From contig CALMKO010000055.1 in NCBI GenBank assembly GCA_937867415.1, positions 2,534 to 66,533 on the forward strand: a DNA stretch of 64,000 nt, read 5' to 3'. The translations under genes were made by a program, and so were the position numbers. Below, piece after piece: positions 44,056 through 53,567 of this stretch. A model generated the notes under the pieces. It worked only from the letters and a program-made list of their open reading frames with translations, had not been told where the DNA came from and made no database searches. Each line of letters begins with the position of its first letter. The first letter of the stretch is position 1. The DNA comes from an uncultured Verrucomicrobiota bacterium (GTDB taxonomy: Bacteria; Verrucomicrobiota; Verrucomicrobiia; Verrucomicrobiales; Akkermansiaceae).

Positions 44056-44682
44056 ATGAACCACCTGCTACGCACAACACTTCTCGTCACCGCCACCACG
44101 ATTCTCGCAGCCTTTTCGACCGGACAAGCTTCCGGACAAGCAGCCAGAGCAGTCAGTGATAAGCCTGTTTTTGACGATTTGCCGTCTCCTCAAGTGGGGA
44201 GCGTCAACAACAAGGCCTTCAAGCCCAAGGATTGGTTAGAATTTGAAACCAAGCTCAACATCCAGCTCAGCCCTGAACCCGCTTCGAAGACATGCGATAG
44301 GTTGACCGTAAAGTGGTACATCGCCGTGAAAAATGCGGAGAAGTCAGGGACGTTTCTTCTCCTGACCAAGGAGATCGAGCACGTCAACATTCCAACGAAC
44401 GAGGATGTTTATTTTTCGGTTTATCTTTCGCCATCGTCGATCAAGCGCTTGACCGGCATGGATCGCGGCGGAAAATCGGCCGTCGAGTATGTCGGCTATG
44501 AGGTTTTGTTCAACGGTGAGAAAATCGCCCAGGATACCACCAAGGGGCAGCCAGGTTGGTGGAATACCGCCTCTGAAAAAATCTCTCGTAGCGAGAAAGT
44601 GGCACTTTTGAGCAAAAACGACACACCGTTCAGCGCGATGTGGTGGGATCGTTACGCAGAGGTTAGTCAAGAGCGCCGCTAA
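44056..44682 (+). CDS. Amuc_1102-family pilus-associated exported protein
   Basis: Signal peptide; PSPQV...KPKDWLEFE, VYLSPSSIKRLTG, C-terminal WWDRY; first gene of the PilM-secretin cluster as recalled for Akkermansia. Confidence 0.75.
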   Translation: MNHLLRTTLLVTATTILAAFSTGQASGQAARAVSDKPVFDDLPSPQVGSVNNKAFKPKDWLEFETKLNIQLSPEPASKTCDRLTVKWYIAVKNAEKSGTFLLLTKEIEHVNIPTNEDVYFSVYLSPSSIKRLTGMDRGGKSAVEYVGYEVLFNGEKIAQDTTKGQPGWWNTASEKISRSEKVALLSKNDTPFSAMWWDRYAEVSQERR

Positions 44683-44726
44683 GGCTGCATTTTTTGGATT
44701 TTCTATTTTTCCCTACTCACTGAATC

Positions 44727-46583
44727 ATGGCTGAAAACCAGACCACCGTCGCACTCAATATTGGATCTCAGCGAATCAGCATGGCCGTCTTCGAAACTTC
44801 GAAGAACGGAGGTTTGATTCTCAAAGGTTATGACTCTGAGGTGATCGTGGCGGATCCCGCTCAGGATGCTTCCAAGATTTCCCAAGCACGTATCGCCGTT
44901 TCGGATCTGGCGCAGCGCATGAAGCTCGGCAAGGCCAAGGTGCGTTATGCCATCTCGGGTCAGTCGGTCTTCACCCGCTTTGTGAAGTTGCCGCCGCTTC
45001 AAGACGACAATATCGAACAGTTGGTGACCTTCGAGGCGCAGCAGCACGTGCCTTTTCCCCTTCAGGAAGTCGTTTGGGATTATGAACTCATCGAGGGCGC
45101 GGACGAAAAAGAGGTCGTCATTGTTGCAATCAAGGCCGACGCCTTGGATGAAATCAACTCGGCGGTCAATGACAGCGGTCTTGCCACAGCCGAGGTGGAT
45201 GTCGCACCGATGGCCATCTACAACGCATTCCGTGCGACTTACGGAAATCCTGACGAACCGATCCTTTTGATCGATATCGGCGCGAAGACAAGCAATCTCC
45301 TCTATATCGAAGGGCGGCGTTTCTTCACACGCAGCATCGCCATCGGTGGCGGATCGGTCACAGCGGCGATCGCCAAGGAATACGGAATCTCCTTCATGGA
45401 GGCCGAGCATCAAAAGGTTGCGAATGGTCTGGTTGCTCTAGCAGGCGGCCATACCGAGCAATTGGATGAGGCGGTAGCTGCCCTCGCAATGGTCATCCGG
45501 AACGCGCTCACCCGCTTGCCCGCCGAAATCGCAAGGACCACGAACTATTACCGCAGCCAGCATGGCGGCAGTGCCCCTCGCAGAATCCTGCTTGCCGGCG
45601 GAGGTGCAAATCTGCCTTACACCCTGGAATTTTTCCAAGAAAAGCTCAATTTGCCTGTCGAGTATTTCAATCCAGTTAGAAATGTGACGCTTGGCAAAAC
45701 CGTGGATCCCACTCTGGTCCAGCGGGATGGTCACCTCATGGGTGAACTCGTAGGACTCGGACTTCGCGGTATCGGCAAGTCTGCCATCAACATTGATTTG
45801 GTGCCGCTGGTCGTCGAGCAATTGCGTGCGGCAGATCGCAGAAAACCGTTTCTGATTGCGGCCGCTGCGGTCCTTCTCGGCGGGATGGCAGCATGGGCCG
45901 GTTTCCAGAAAATCGCGGCATCCAAAGCACAGGAAGAGGCCAGCGTCATGGAAGAGCAGCGGACGGCGCTGGCCCCCCTCAAGGCCGATATCCAGCAGTT
46001 GCTCACTCAGGAGGAAAACCTCAGGAAAATCGCGGCAGGCTACACCAATGCCGAGTCCAGTCATGCTTTCTGGATGGATCTCTTGTCCGAGGTGCGAGGC
46101 GCCTTCGCCAGCGACGCTGTGTGGTTGACCGACTTGGAGCCAATTGCCGACTATAATCCACTTGCCGCTGGCTGGAAAGTTGGAGATTCCAAGAACCCTA
46201 ACGGGAAATCCGTCGTCAAACCGGAATTTGCGACCTCAACCTATGGGAGTTCTTCTCTCGTCGAATTCAAAGCGGAGGCTCCCCCCGAAGAGAAGCGACC
46301 CAACCAGCCCGTTGCGGTTCCCGAGGGAGTTCTTGCAAATGCAGTTCGGATCAAGGGGTTTTGGAGGGAAACCCCGAAAAGCCAGAATGTGGTTTCGGAC
46401 CTGTTGAAGAACCTCAAGGATAAATCGACAAGCTTCCGCTTCAAAGGGAAAGATGCCAAGCAAGTCGAAGTTGATTTGAATGTTGACCAGTATTTTGCAA
46501 TCACCGTGACCGGTAAACCCGGTGATTTCGGACTTCCATTTGAAATCATCCTGCCTCTCGCGCGGAGCGTCTCGATCAAATGA
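44727..46583 (+). CDS. pilM: PilM-family actin-like protein fused to a TM plus PilN-like domain (Amuc_1101-like)
   Basis: ALNIGSQ, AISGQSVFTRFVKLP, EAQQHVPF, IDIGAKTS, LLAGGGANL; then INIDLVP, TM and periplasmic domain. Confidence 0.85.
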   Translation: MAENQTTVALNIGSQRISMAVFETSKNGGLILKGYDSEVIVADPAQDASKISQARIAVSDLAQRMKLGKAKVRYAISGQSVFTRFVKLPPLQDDNIEQLVTFEAQQHVPFPLQEVVWDYELIEGADEKEVVIVAIKADALDEINSAVNDSGLATAEVDVAPMAIYNAFRATYGNPDEPILLIDIGAKTSNLLYIEGRRFFTRSIAIGGGSVTAAIAKEYGISFMEAEHQKVANGLVALAGGHTEQLDEAVAALAMVIRNALTRLPAEIARTTNYYRSQHGGSAPRRILLAGGGANLPYTLEFFQEKLNLPVEYFNPVRNVTLGKTVDPTLVQRDGHLMGELVGLGLRGIGKSAINIDLVPLVVEQLRAADRRKPFLIAAAAVLLGGMAAWAGFQKIAASKAQEEASVMEEQRTALAPLKADIQQLLTQEENLRKIAAGYTNAESSHAFWMDLLSEVRGAFASDAVWLTDLEPIADYNPLAAGWKVGDSKNPNGKSVVKPEFATSTYGSSSLVEFKAEAPPEEKRPNQPVAVPEGVLANAVRIKGFWRETPKSQNVVSDLLKNLKDKSTSFRFKGKDAKQVEVDLNVDQYFAITVTGKPGDFGLPFEIILPLARSVSIK

Positions 46584-46610
46584 TTCCACATAACTCCCGC
46601 TATTGATTAT

Positions 46611-47594
46611 ATGAATTGGATTAAGGATAACAAATTCGTCGCCGCACTCGGTAGTGGGACCCTCGTCGGAGCGGTTTTGCTTTTCCTGGTCGGGTCGCAC
46701 TTCGGGACCACCTATGATCAGGCCAAGGAAGCCTACGACATGGCTGCCGATGAGGCTGCAGGTTTCGTGAGACTTCCCCTTTATCCAAAGCCTGAGAACA
46801 AAGCCGCGAAGAAAAAGGCGCTTGACGAGTACCGGAGAAGTCTCGACTCGCTCCAGACCAGCTTCGAGCCCTTCCGCCCCAAAGAGACCTTGGACATTAC
46901 CCCGCAAGACTTTACGACCCGCCTGCTTTCCGCAAATTCGGAAATCCGGAAGGCTTTTGAGGAGGCTGGGGCCGTTGTGCCCGAAGCATTCTTTGTGGGG
47001 TTCGAGGGCTATAAAACCTCACTCGCCGCACCGAATACGACTGGAATCCTCGACTATCAACTCGGGGCAATCAAGCAGCTCTTGCTCGACTTGGCCAAGG
47101 CCAAGCCTACCGAGTTGAAGAATCTTTTCCGCCCTGCCCTTCCCGAGGAGGATGGGAAAACCTTCACTCCCGGACCCGCGGACGTAGCAAGGTCGTTTCC
47201 GCTTGAGATTACCTTCACCGGGCGTGAGGAATCGGTGCGCCAGGCGTTCACCGCATTCTCCAAAATCGACAAGCAATACGTCGTGATTCGGTCCATCCGG
47301 ATTTCCAATATCAAAAAGGATCCGCCGAAAGCTGGCGACGCGAAGTTTGATTCGCCAAGCCCTGCTGCCGGAGCTGCCGCCCCGGCTGACGCCTTCGGGG
47401 GCGGATTTGTTTTGCCAGGCGATCCCGCGGTTACCTCAAATCCTCCCGCAACCCCGGCTGCTCAAGCGCCACCGGCAGCCTCCAAAGCGGCGGATTCCGG
47501 CCGTATTCTCTCCCAGGTCCTTGGAGACGAAGAGTTGCAGGTCTTTGTAAGGCTTGACGTCCTGCAGTTCCTTCCGGCCAAAAAGCTTCCCTAA
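46611..47594 (+). CDS. Amuc_1100-family pilus-associated protein (PilO-like)
   Basis: MNWIKDNKF plus N-terminal TM, coiled coil, FFVGFEGY, EITFTG, IRSIRISN, LGDEELQVFVRLD; third gene of the cluster. Confidence 0.8.
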   Translation: MNWIKDNKFVAALGSGTLVGAVLLFLVGSHFGTTYDQAKEAYDMAADEAAGFVRLPLYPKPENKAAKKKALDEYRRSLDSLQTSFEPFRPKETLDITPQDFTTRLLSANSEIRKAFEEAGAVVPEAFFVGFEGYKTSLAAPNTTGILDYQLGAIKQLLLDLAKAKPTELKNLFRPALPEEDGKTFTPGPADVARSFPLEITFTGREESVRQAFTAFSKIDKQYVVIRSIRISNIKKDPPKAGDAKFDSPSPAAGAAAPADAFGGGFVLPGDPAVTSNPPATPAAQAPPAASKAADSGRILSQVLGDEELQVFVRLDVLQFLPAKKLP

Positions 47595-47619
47595 TCCTGA
47601 CTCATTTCCTCACGAATCC

Positions 47620-48678
47620 ATGTCTTGGCTCTCAAAAAATTACGAAAAAGCCTCACTAGGCGCGGCACTGGCCGCAGCCCTCGGCCTCGCTTACTTCGGC
47701 TGGTCCAAGGTCGGTGGAGTTGAAGATGACTTCAGCGCCCAGGTGACGTCTGTGGGGAACGACAATCCTGCCGTGATTGATGCCGACCTGATCCCCAAAG
47801 CAAAGTCCTCCATGCTCCTCGACCGGTCTTGGAAGCAGGCACTCGATGGCGAGCGCGCCGTGGATCTTTTCACCGGGATTCCGCTTTTTGTGCCGAGCGC
47901 CACGCCAGACAAGGCCATCGACCTCCTCAACAAAGACTCGGTTCCTGTCCATTCTCCGGTTCCGAATACCTGGTGGCTTGAAAATCGACTCGACCCCGGC
48001 TTTGCAGACTCTCCGAACCGGGATCCTGATGGAGACGGCTTCTCCAACCTTGAAGAGTTCACCGCCAAGACCAACCCGAATGATGATAAATCCATCCCTC
48101 CCTTGCTGGCCAAACTGACCTATCTCAGGGATGACAGCCTTGGTTGGGTCATCCGTCCGAGTTATGGAGAGGGAGGGAGCTTTCCCTTCAATTACTTCGA
48201 CCTCAAGGGTGGGCGTAATAAGACCGTGACGGGAAACTTGGTCGCTCCCAACGAATTGTTTTTCGCCACCGGGCTCATGGCCAACCGTTTCAAACTGCTC
48301 GGTTCAGAGGTCCGCAAAGAGGTTAATCCACGCACTACTGCTGAAAACGAAGTCACTTACGTGAGAATCGAGGACCAGCGTGCAAATAAAAAAGGAGTGG
48401 TTTACGAGTTCCCAGCGCCACTCAGCGAACAGCGCATGAACGAATACCTCAAGTATGACCGCACAGCCGTCTTCTCCCTCGAAGCCTTGGGCCTCGATGG
48501 CAAGGAATTCAAAGTTGAGGAAAACCTCACTTTCGCACTGCCACCAACTTCGGCGAAAAAAGAATACACTCTCAAATCGGTCACCCCTGAGGCCGTTTCC
48601 ATCGAATACACCACCCCATCCGGAGAATCAAAGGTCATCGAGATCAAAAAAGGCACCATGCCTAACCTCGGTGAATGA
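47620..48678 (+). CDS. Amuc_1099-family pilus-associated protein
   Basis: MSWLSKNYEK plus TM; Ca-binding TSP3-like motif DPDGDGFSNLEEF..TNPND. Confidence 0.8.
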   Translation: MSWLSKNYEKASLGAALAAALGLAYFGWSKVGGVEDDFSAQVTSVGNDNPAVIDADLIPKAKSSMLLDRSWKQALDGERAVDLFTGIPLFVPSATPDKAIDLLNKDSVPVHSPVPNTWWLENRLDPGFADSPNRDPDGDGFSNLEEFTAKTNPNDDKSIPPLLAKLTYLRDDSLGWVIRPSYGEGGSFPFNYFDLKGGRNKTVTGNLVAPNELFFATGLMANRFKLLGSEVRKEVNPRTTAENEVTYVRIEDQRANKKGVVYEFPAPLSEQRMNEYLKYDRTAVFSLEALGLDGKEFKVEENLTFALPPTSAKKEYTLKSVTPEAVSIEYTTPSGESKVIEIKKGTMPNLGE

Positions 48679-48737
48679 AATCTTCAAAAAATCGCTTTTC
48701 AATCTTCCAAAACATCTCCAGAAAACGTCAGCCAATC

Positions 48738-51386
48738 ATGAAAAATCCGCTTACCTGTTGCTCCAATTCCACTGCCATCGCGCTGATGGCCGTCGCTTCA
48801 TCCATGCCTGTTACTGTTTCCATCGCAACAGCAGGTGAAGGAGGCTCAAGCATGAGCGGACTTGCCCAACGGGAAATGATTCGCCGTCAGGACGCTGTCA
48901 CTCAAGGGGATATCCTTCTTTCCGAGGGCCGTGCCGCTTACGCAAAGGGCGATTACCAACAAGCGGTTGATAAATACAAACAGGCTCTCGACCGGCTCCC
49001 GGATGCTCCCATGGTCTCCGACCGTAGGCAGAGCTACATCGCCCATTTGAGCGATGCAAGTGTCGCCTTGGCCATGCAGCACCGCAAGGTCGGCAAATAC
49101 ACGGAAGCTCGGACGCTCCTTGAGGGAGTGGTTGCAGTGGACTCCACCAACGCTGACGCAAAGCGCGAACTTGGGTATCTCGACGATCCAATCCGCACCA
49201 ATCCCGCACTCACTTACGAACACACCCAGAATGTCGATAAGGTTCGTCGCGGACTTTATACCGCAGAAGGAGCATTCAATCTCGGTAAATACGACGAAGC
49301 CAAGCGCGAATACAGCAACGTACTCCGGATCGACGGATACAACACCGCCGCCCGGCGCGGCCTCGAGCGGGTTGCTGCCGCAAAGTCGGATTACTACCGC
49401 GCGGCCTTCGATCACACCCGTGCCGAACTCCTTAGCCAGGTGGACGCCGCATGGGAAATGTCGGTCCCCGCAGATGTTCCGGTCGGAGATGTCTCCACCA
49501 CTCAGGAAACGATCAGCGGTGGCGTTGCTTACATCACCGAAAAGCTGAAAAGAATCATCATCCCTCGGATCAGCTTTGAAGATACCACGGTGGAAGAGGC
49601 GATTGATTTCCTCCGCCAGCGCGCTTCAGAGCTCGATACCACCGAGCTTGATCCCGCCAAGCGTGGTGTCAACTTCGTCATCCGTCGTCCGAAACCAGCC
49701 GCTGCCGCAGGTGCTGCTCCTGCTGGAGATGCCGGTGTTCTCGCGGGTGCTGGGGATTCCTTGCTCGCAGTAGGAGCTGACCCCTCAACACTTCGGGTTC
49801 GCGAACTCCGCCTCAGCAATGTGCCCTTGGCCGTCGCGCTCAAGTATATCTGCGAACAAGCCAAGCTGCGCTATAAAGTGGACGACTTTGCCGTGACTCT
49901 CGTTCCCGCAACCGAAACCGGGGATGATATCTTCAGCCGGACCTTCATCGTGCCACCGGACTTCGCGACTTCGCTCGATACCGGTGGGGGCGGTGCAGCT
50001 GTGGTCGATGATCCATTCGCCGCTGCCCCGGCAGGTGGTGCCGCCACGCTCACAGCCCGTAAACCCATCAAGGACCTTCTCATCGCGGCCGGCATTCTTT
50101 TCGGCGAAGGCAGCTCGGTCACCTTGAGTGCATCGGGAACCCTCCTCGTCACGAACACTCCCACCGAATTGGATAAGGTGGAGCAATTGGTGCAGGCTCT
50201 CAACAAGGCCCCCAAACAGGTTAAGATCACCACCAAGTTTGTCGAAATTTCCCAGGAAAACAGCGATGAGCTCGGATTCGATTGGATCGTCACTCCTTTC
50301 GGTAACCCCGGCGGAACGATCTTCGGGACCGGTGGAACCATCGGAAACCAAGGCGGACGCACGGGAAGCGATTTCATCAGCCCAGTCGATAACGCGAGCA
50401 TCAACGGCATTCCCGCCAACCCGGATGCTTTCACGACCAACGGCGTGACCAATGGCCTCCGCTCGGGTGACCAAGCGGTGAACCGGAATAGCATTGACGC
50501 GATTCTGAACAATCCAAGCCGCACCGCTCAGGCTGCAAATGCCGCGCCAGGTATCATGGGGCTTACCGGTCTCTTCTCTGAAGGACAGGTGCAGGTCATC
50601 ATGCGGGGTCTGTCCCAGAAAAAGGGCACGGATCTCATGACTGCGCCCTCCGTTACCGCCAAGTCCGGTCAGAAAGCTACCATCGAGATCATCCGTGAGT
50701 TTATCTACCCCACTGAATACGAACCCCCTGAGCTTCCTCAAGCCGTCGGTGGTGGAATCGGTGTCGGCGGCGGAATCGGCGGTGATATCCTCGGCGGCGG
50801 CGGTGGTGGTGGCTTCCCTGTCACGCCTGCGACTCCCACGGCGTTTGATACCCGCAACACCGGTGTCACTCTGGAGATCGAGCCAACCATCGGCCAGAAC
50901 GACTTTGTCATCGATCTGCGCTTCGTGCCGGAAATCATCGAGTTCGAGGGCTTCATCAACTACGGCAGTCCGATCCAGCAGCCCGGAACCGATGCGCTTG
51001 GAAATCCGACCAATACCATCATCACTGAAAACCGCATCGAAATGCCGGTCTTCTCTGCCCGCCGTGTGAATACCTCCCTCACCATCTATGACGGTTACAC
51101 GGTCGCAGTCGGTGGTTTGATTCGTGAGGATGTCCAGAATGTCGAGGACAGTGTGCCTATCCTTGGTGATATTCCCATTATTGGCAGGCTTTTCCAAACC
51201 AAGTCCGAGAACCGCATCAAGAGCAACTTGATCATCTTCGTCACCGCACAGATCATCGATGCTACGGGGCGCCCGCTTCGGGGACCCGATGGAATCAACG
51301 CGGTCTCAGCTCCGATCGGCGCTGGTGCCGGCGGTGCTGGCGATGTGGGCGGGGGTGTGCTTCCCCAGCTTGAACTCCCTCAATAA
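48738..51386 (+). CDS. Secretin (PilQ/GspD family, Amuc_1098-like) with N-terminal TPR-like region
   Basis: QVKITTKFVEI, DLMTAPSVT, RNTGVTLEIEP, and secretin signature VAVGGLI...VPILGDIPIIGRLF...NLIIFVT. Confidence 0.92.
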   Translation: MKNPLTCCSNSTAIALMAVASSMPVTVSIATAGEGGSSMSGLAQREMIRRQDAVTQGDILLSEGRAAYAKGDYQQAVDKYKQALDRLPDAPMVSDRRQSYIAHLSDASVALAMQHRKVGKYTEARTLLEGVVAVDSTNADAKRELGYLDDPIRTNPALTYEHTQNVDKVRRGLYTAEGAFNLGKYDEAKREYSNVLRIDGYNTAARRGLERVAAAKSDYYRAAFDHTRAELLSQVDAAWEMSVPADVPVGDVSTTQETISGGVAYITEKLKRIIIPRISFEDTTVEEAIDFLRQRASELDTTELDPAKRGVNFVIRRPKPAAAAGAAPAGDAGVLAGAGDSLLAVGADPSTLRVRELRLSNVPLAVALKYICEQAKLRYKVDDFAVTLVPATETGDDIFSRTFIVPPDFATSLDTGGGGAAVVDDPFAAAPAGGAATLTARKPIKDLLIAAGILFGEGSSVTLSASGTLLVTNTPTELDKVEQLVQALNKAPKQVKITTKFVEISQENSDELGFDWIVTPFGNPGGTIFGTGGTIGNQGGRTGSDFISPVDNASINGIPANPDAFTTNGVTNGLRSGDQAVNRNSIDAILNNPSRTAQAANAAPGIMGLTGLFSEGQVQVIMRGLSQKKGTDLMTAPSVTAKSGQKATIEIIREFIYPTEYEPPELPQAVGGGIGVGGGIGGDILGGGGGGGFPVTPATPTAFDTRNTGVTLEIEPTIGQNDFVIDLRFVPEIIEFEGFINYGSPIQQPGTDALGNPTNTIITENRIEMPVFSARRVNTSLTIYDGYTVAVGGLIREDVQNVEDSVPILGDIPIIGRLFQTKSENRIKSNLIIFVTAQIIDATGRPLRGPDGINAVSAPIGAGAGGAGDVGGGVLPQLELPQ

Positions 51387-51417
51387 GCTCAGGAATATTC
51401 TTCCTCAATGATTCATC

Positions 51418-51449
51418 AACGGGCGAGGGAGCAATCCTTCGCCCGTTTT
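51418..51449 (+). terminator. Probable intrinsic terminator after the secretin gene
   Basis: AACGGGCGAGGGA-GCAA-TCCTTCGCCCGTT: 13-bp stem with one G-U pair, GNRA loop, short T run. Confidence 0.7.
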
Positions 51450-51477
51450 GCTAAGCTCAATCTGATCCACAAGCCCG

Positions 51478-52071
51478 ATGAAAGTCATGGTCCTGACCGG
51501 TGGAATCGCTTCTGGGAAATCCACCGTATGCCGCGTCTTGGCGGAGTTTCTGCCCTCGGCGGTGATATTCGATTGTGATGCCGCCGTTCATCGGATTCTG
51601 GATTCCGATCCAGCGGTGGCAGCGTTGATTTCAGAAACCTTTGGAAGTCAGGCACTCGACCCCCGGGGGCGGGTGGACCGGCAGTTCCTGCGAGGCCAGG
51701 TTTTCTCGGACGAATCAGGCCGCCTGCGTCTGGAAGCCATCATTCATCCGAGGGTCCTTGAGGAATGTCTTGATTCTCGCCACCGAGCTGCTACACGGGG
51801 GGTGGAATTATTCATCGCAGACGTTCCGCTCTTTTTTGAGAAGGGATTCGACTTCGGCCAAAACCATGTGATCGTCGTCGCTTCTTCCCTCGCCACTCAA
51901 ATTCAGCGGCTCAAAGCACGCAGTGGTTTCGATGATCTTCTCATCAAGTCCATCCTCGCTGCCCAACTTCCAATCCAGGAGAAAATGTCCCGCGCGGATG
52001 TTGTTTTCTGGAACGAAGGCCCCCAAGCGGTCCTTCGATCTCAAATCCGTCGTTTCGCTCAAGCATTTCTC
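51478..52071 (+). other. coaE: Dephospho-CoA kinase (CoaE) domain of the fused ORF
   Basis: LTGGIASGKST P-loop, DCDAAVH, LEAIIHPRV, DVPLFFE, AQLP...ADVVFWNEG. Confidence 0.9.
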
Positions 52072-53400
52072 ATGACTCCTTCTCAAGAATCCACCGCCCC
52101 AGACCCTCAGACTGCGGCCGCCACCGCCGATATCCCTTCGGTCCCGGCTTCCATCGACATCAATCAATTTCGCCTGAAATCCCTCGCGGAGCTGCAAGCC
52201 ATGGCCGAAGCTGTTCCAGCACGAATCCAAGGGGGGATTCCGAAAAGCCAGTTGGTTTACGAACTCCTCTGCTATTTCGGACGCCAGGGAACCGGACTCA
52301 TCTGTGAGGGGATTCTCGAACAGGCAAAAGACAACTTCGCCATGCTGCGGGACCCCTTCCGCAGTTTCCGCCCGGGGCCCGATGATATCCACCTCGGCGG
52401 TAATCTCGTGCGTGATCACGGCCTGAGGGTTGGAAACTTGATCAAGGTTCGGGTCCGGGCCCCCTGGGAGCGCGATAAATATCTGTCCGGCTTCGAGTTG
52501 ATCGAAGTCGAAGGAACCCCCATCGCGGATTACCAGCCCCCCAAGGAGTTCGATCGTCTCACGCCGCTTTTCCCCGATCAACGGATCCATCTCGAAGGGG
52601 AGGGCAATGATTTTCTCGGGGTCAGGGTCATCGACCTCATCGCCCCTCTCGGAAAAGGGCAACGCGGCATCATCGTCGCTCCTCCACGCGGTGGCAAAAC
52701 CATTCTCCTCAAGCAAATCGCCCGCTCGATCCGGCTCAACCATCCCGATGCCGAGCTGATCATCCTGCTTCTCGATGAGCGCCCGGAGGAAGTCACTGAT
52801 TTTGAAGAAACCGTCGGCGCACAGGTATTCGCATCCACCTTCGACGAGTCGCCCCGCCGCCATGCCCAAGTGGCTGACCTTGTCATCGAGCGCGCAAAGC
52901 GTCTGGTTGAAAAGGGCAAGGATGTGATCCTCTTGTTAGATAGTCTCACCCGTCTCGCACGCGGCCACAACTCCGCCATGCAAGGCGGCCCGATCGGCTC
53001 CGGTGGTGTGAGCCCGCTTGCCCTGCAAAAATCCCGGAAATTCTTCGGAACGGCGCGCAATGTCGAAGAAGGCGGCTCGCTAACGATCCTCGCAACCGCC
53101 CTTGTTGAAACGGAAAGCCGCTTGGATGACGTCGTTTTCGAAGAGTTCAAAGGCACCGGAAACATGGAAGTTCGCCTCGACCGCGAACTGGCTGAACGTC
53201 GCGTTTTCCCCGCCATCCACATCCCCCAGTCCGGAACCCGCAATGATGACCGCCTCTACCATCCCGATGAGTTCTTGAAGGTGGTCGATATCCGCAAGCA
53301 GCTTGCACAACAGCCCATCGGTGATGCCATCGAGACCTTGTTGTCCAACTTGAAAGCCACCAAAACCAACGCTGAACTTCTTCTGAGAGGCCTTCGTTGA
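51478..53400 (+). CDS. rho: In-frame ORF: dephospho-CoA kinase domain fused to transcription termination factor Rho (internal Met at 52072)
   Basis: 640 aa without a stop. Rho part has GKGQRGIIVAPPRGGKT, LLDERPEEVTD, STFDE, LDSLTRLAR, FEEFKGTGNME. Confidence 0.9.
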   Translation: MKVMVLTGGIASGKSTVCRVLAEFLPSAVIFDCDAAVHRILDSDPAVAALISETFGSQALDPRGRVDRQFLRGQVFSDESGRLRLEAIIHPRVLEECLDSRHRAATRGVELFIADVPLFFEKGFDFGQNHVIVVASSLATQIQRLKARSGFDDLLIKSILAAQLPIQEKMSRADVVFWNEGPQAVLRSQIRRFAQAFLMTPSQESTAPDPQTAAATADIPSVPASIDINQFRLKSLAELQAMAEAVPARIQGGIPKSQLVYELLCYFGRQGTGLICEGILEQAKDNFAMLRDPFRSFRPGPDDIHLGGNLVRDHGLRVGNLIKVRVRAPWERDKYLSGFELIEVEGTPIADYQPPKEFDRLTPLFPDQRIHLEGEGNDFLGVRVIDLIAPLGKGQRGIIVAPPRGGKTILLKQIARSIRLNHPDAELIILLLDERPEEVTDFEETVGAQVFASTFDESPRRHAQVADLVIERAKRLVEKGKDVILLLDSLTRLARGHNSAMQGGPIGSGGVSPLALQKSRKFFGTARNVEEGGSLTILATALVETESRLDDVVFEEFKGTGNMEVRLDRELAERRVFPAIHIPQSGTRNDDRLYHPDEFLKVVDIRKQLAQQPIGDAIETLLSNLKATKTNAELLLRGLR

Positions 53401-53567
53401 GCCTTGCCATGCCCGGGTTTTCACCGTGCGTTTCAGGCTTTTTTCAAGAAACTGCTCCATTGACAGCGCTGGTGACGCTGCATAGCCTCCCGCGTCTTGC
53501 GCTGGGCTGAGGAAATTGTTTCTTTGTGACCCAGTGTCCAATGTCACAACTTGATATCACCAAAACG

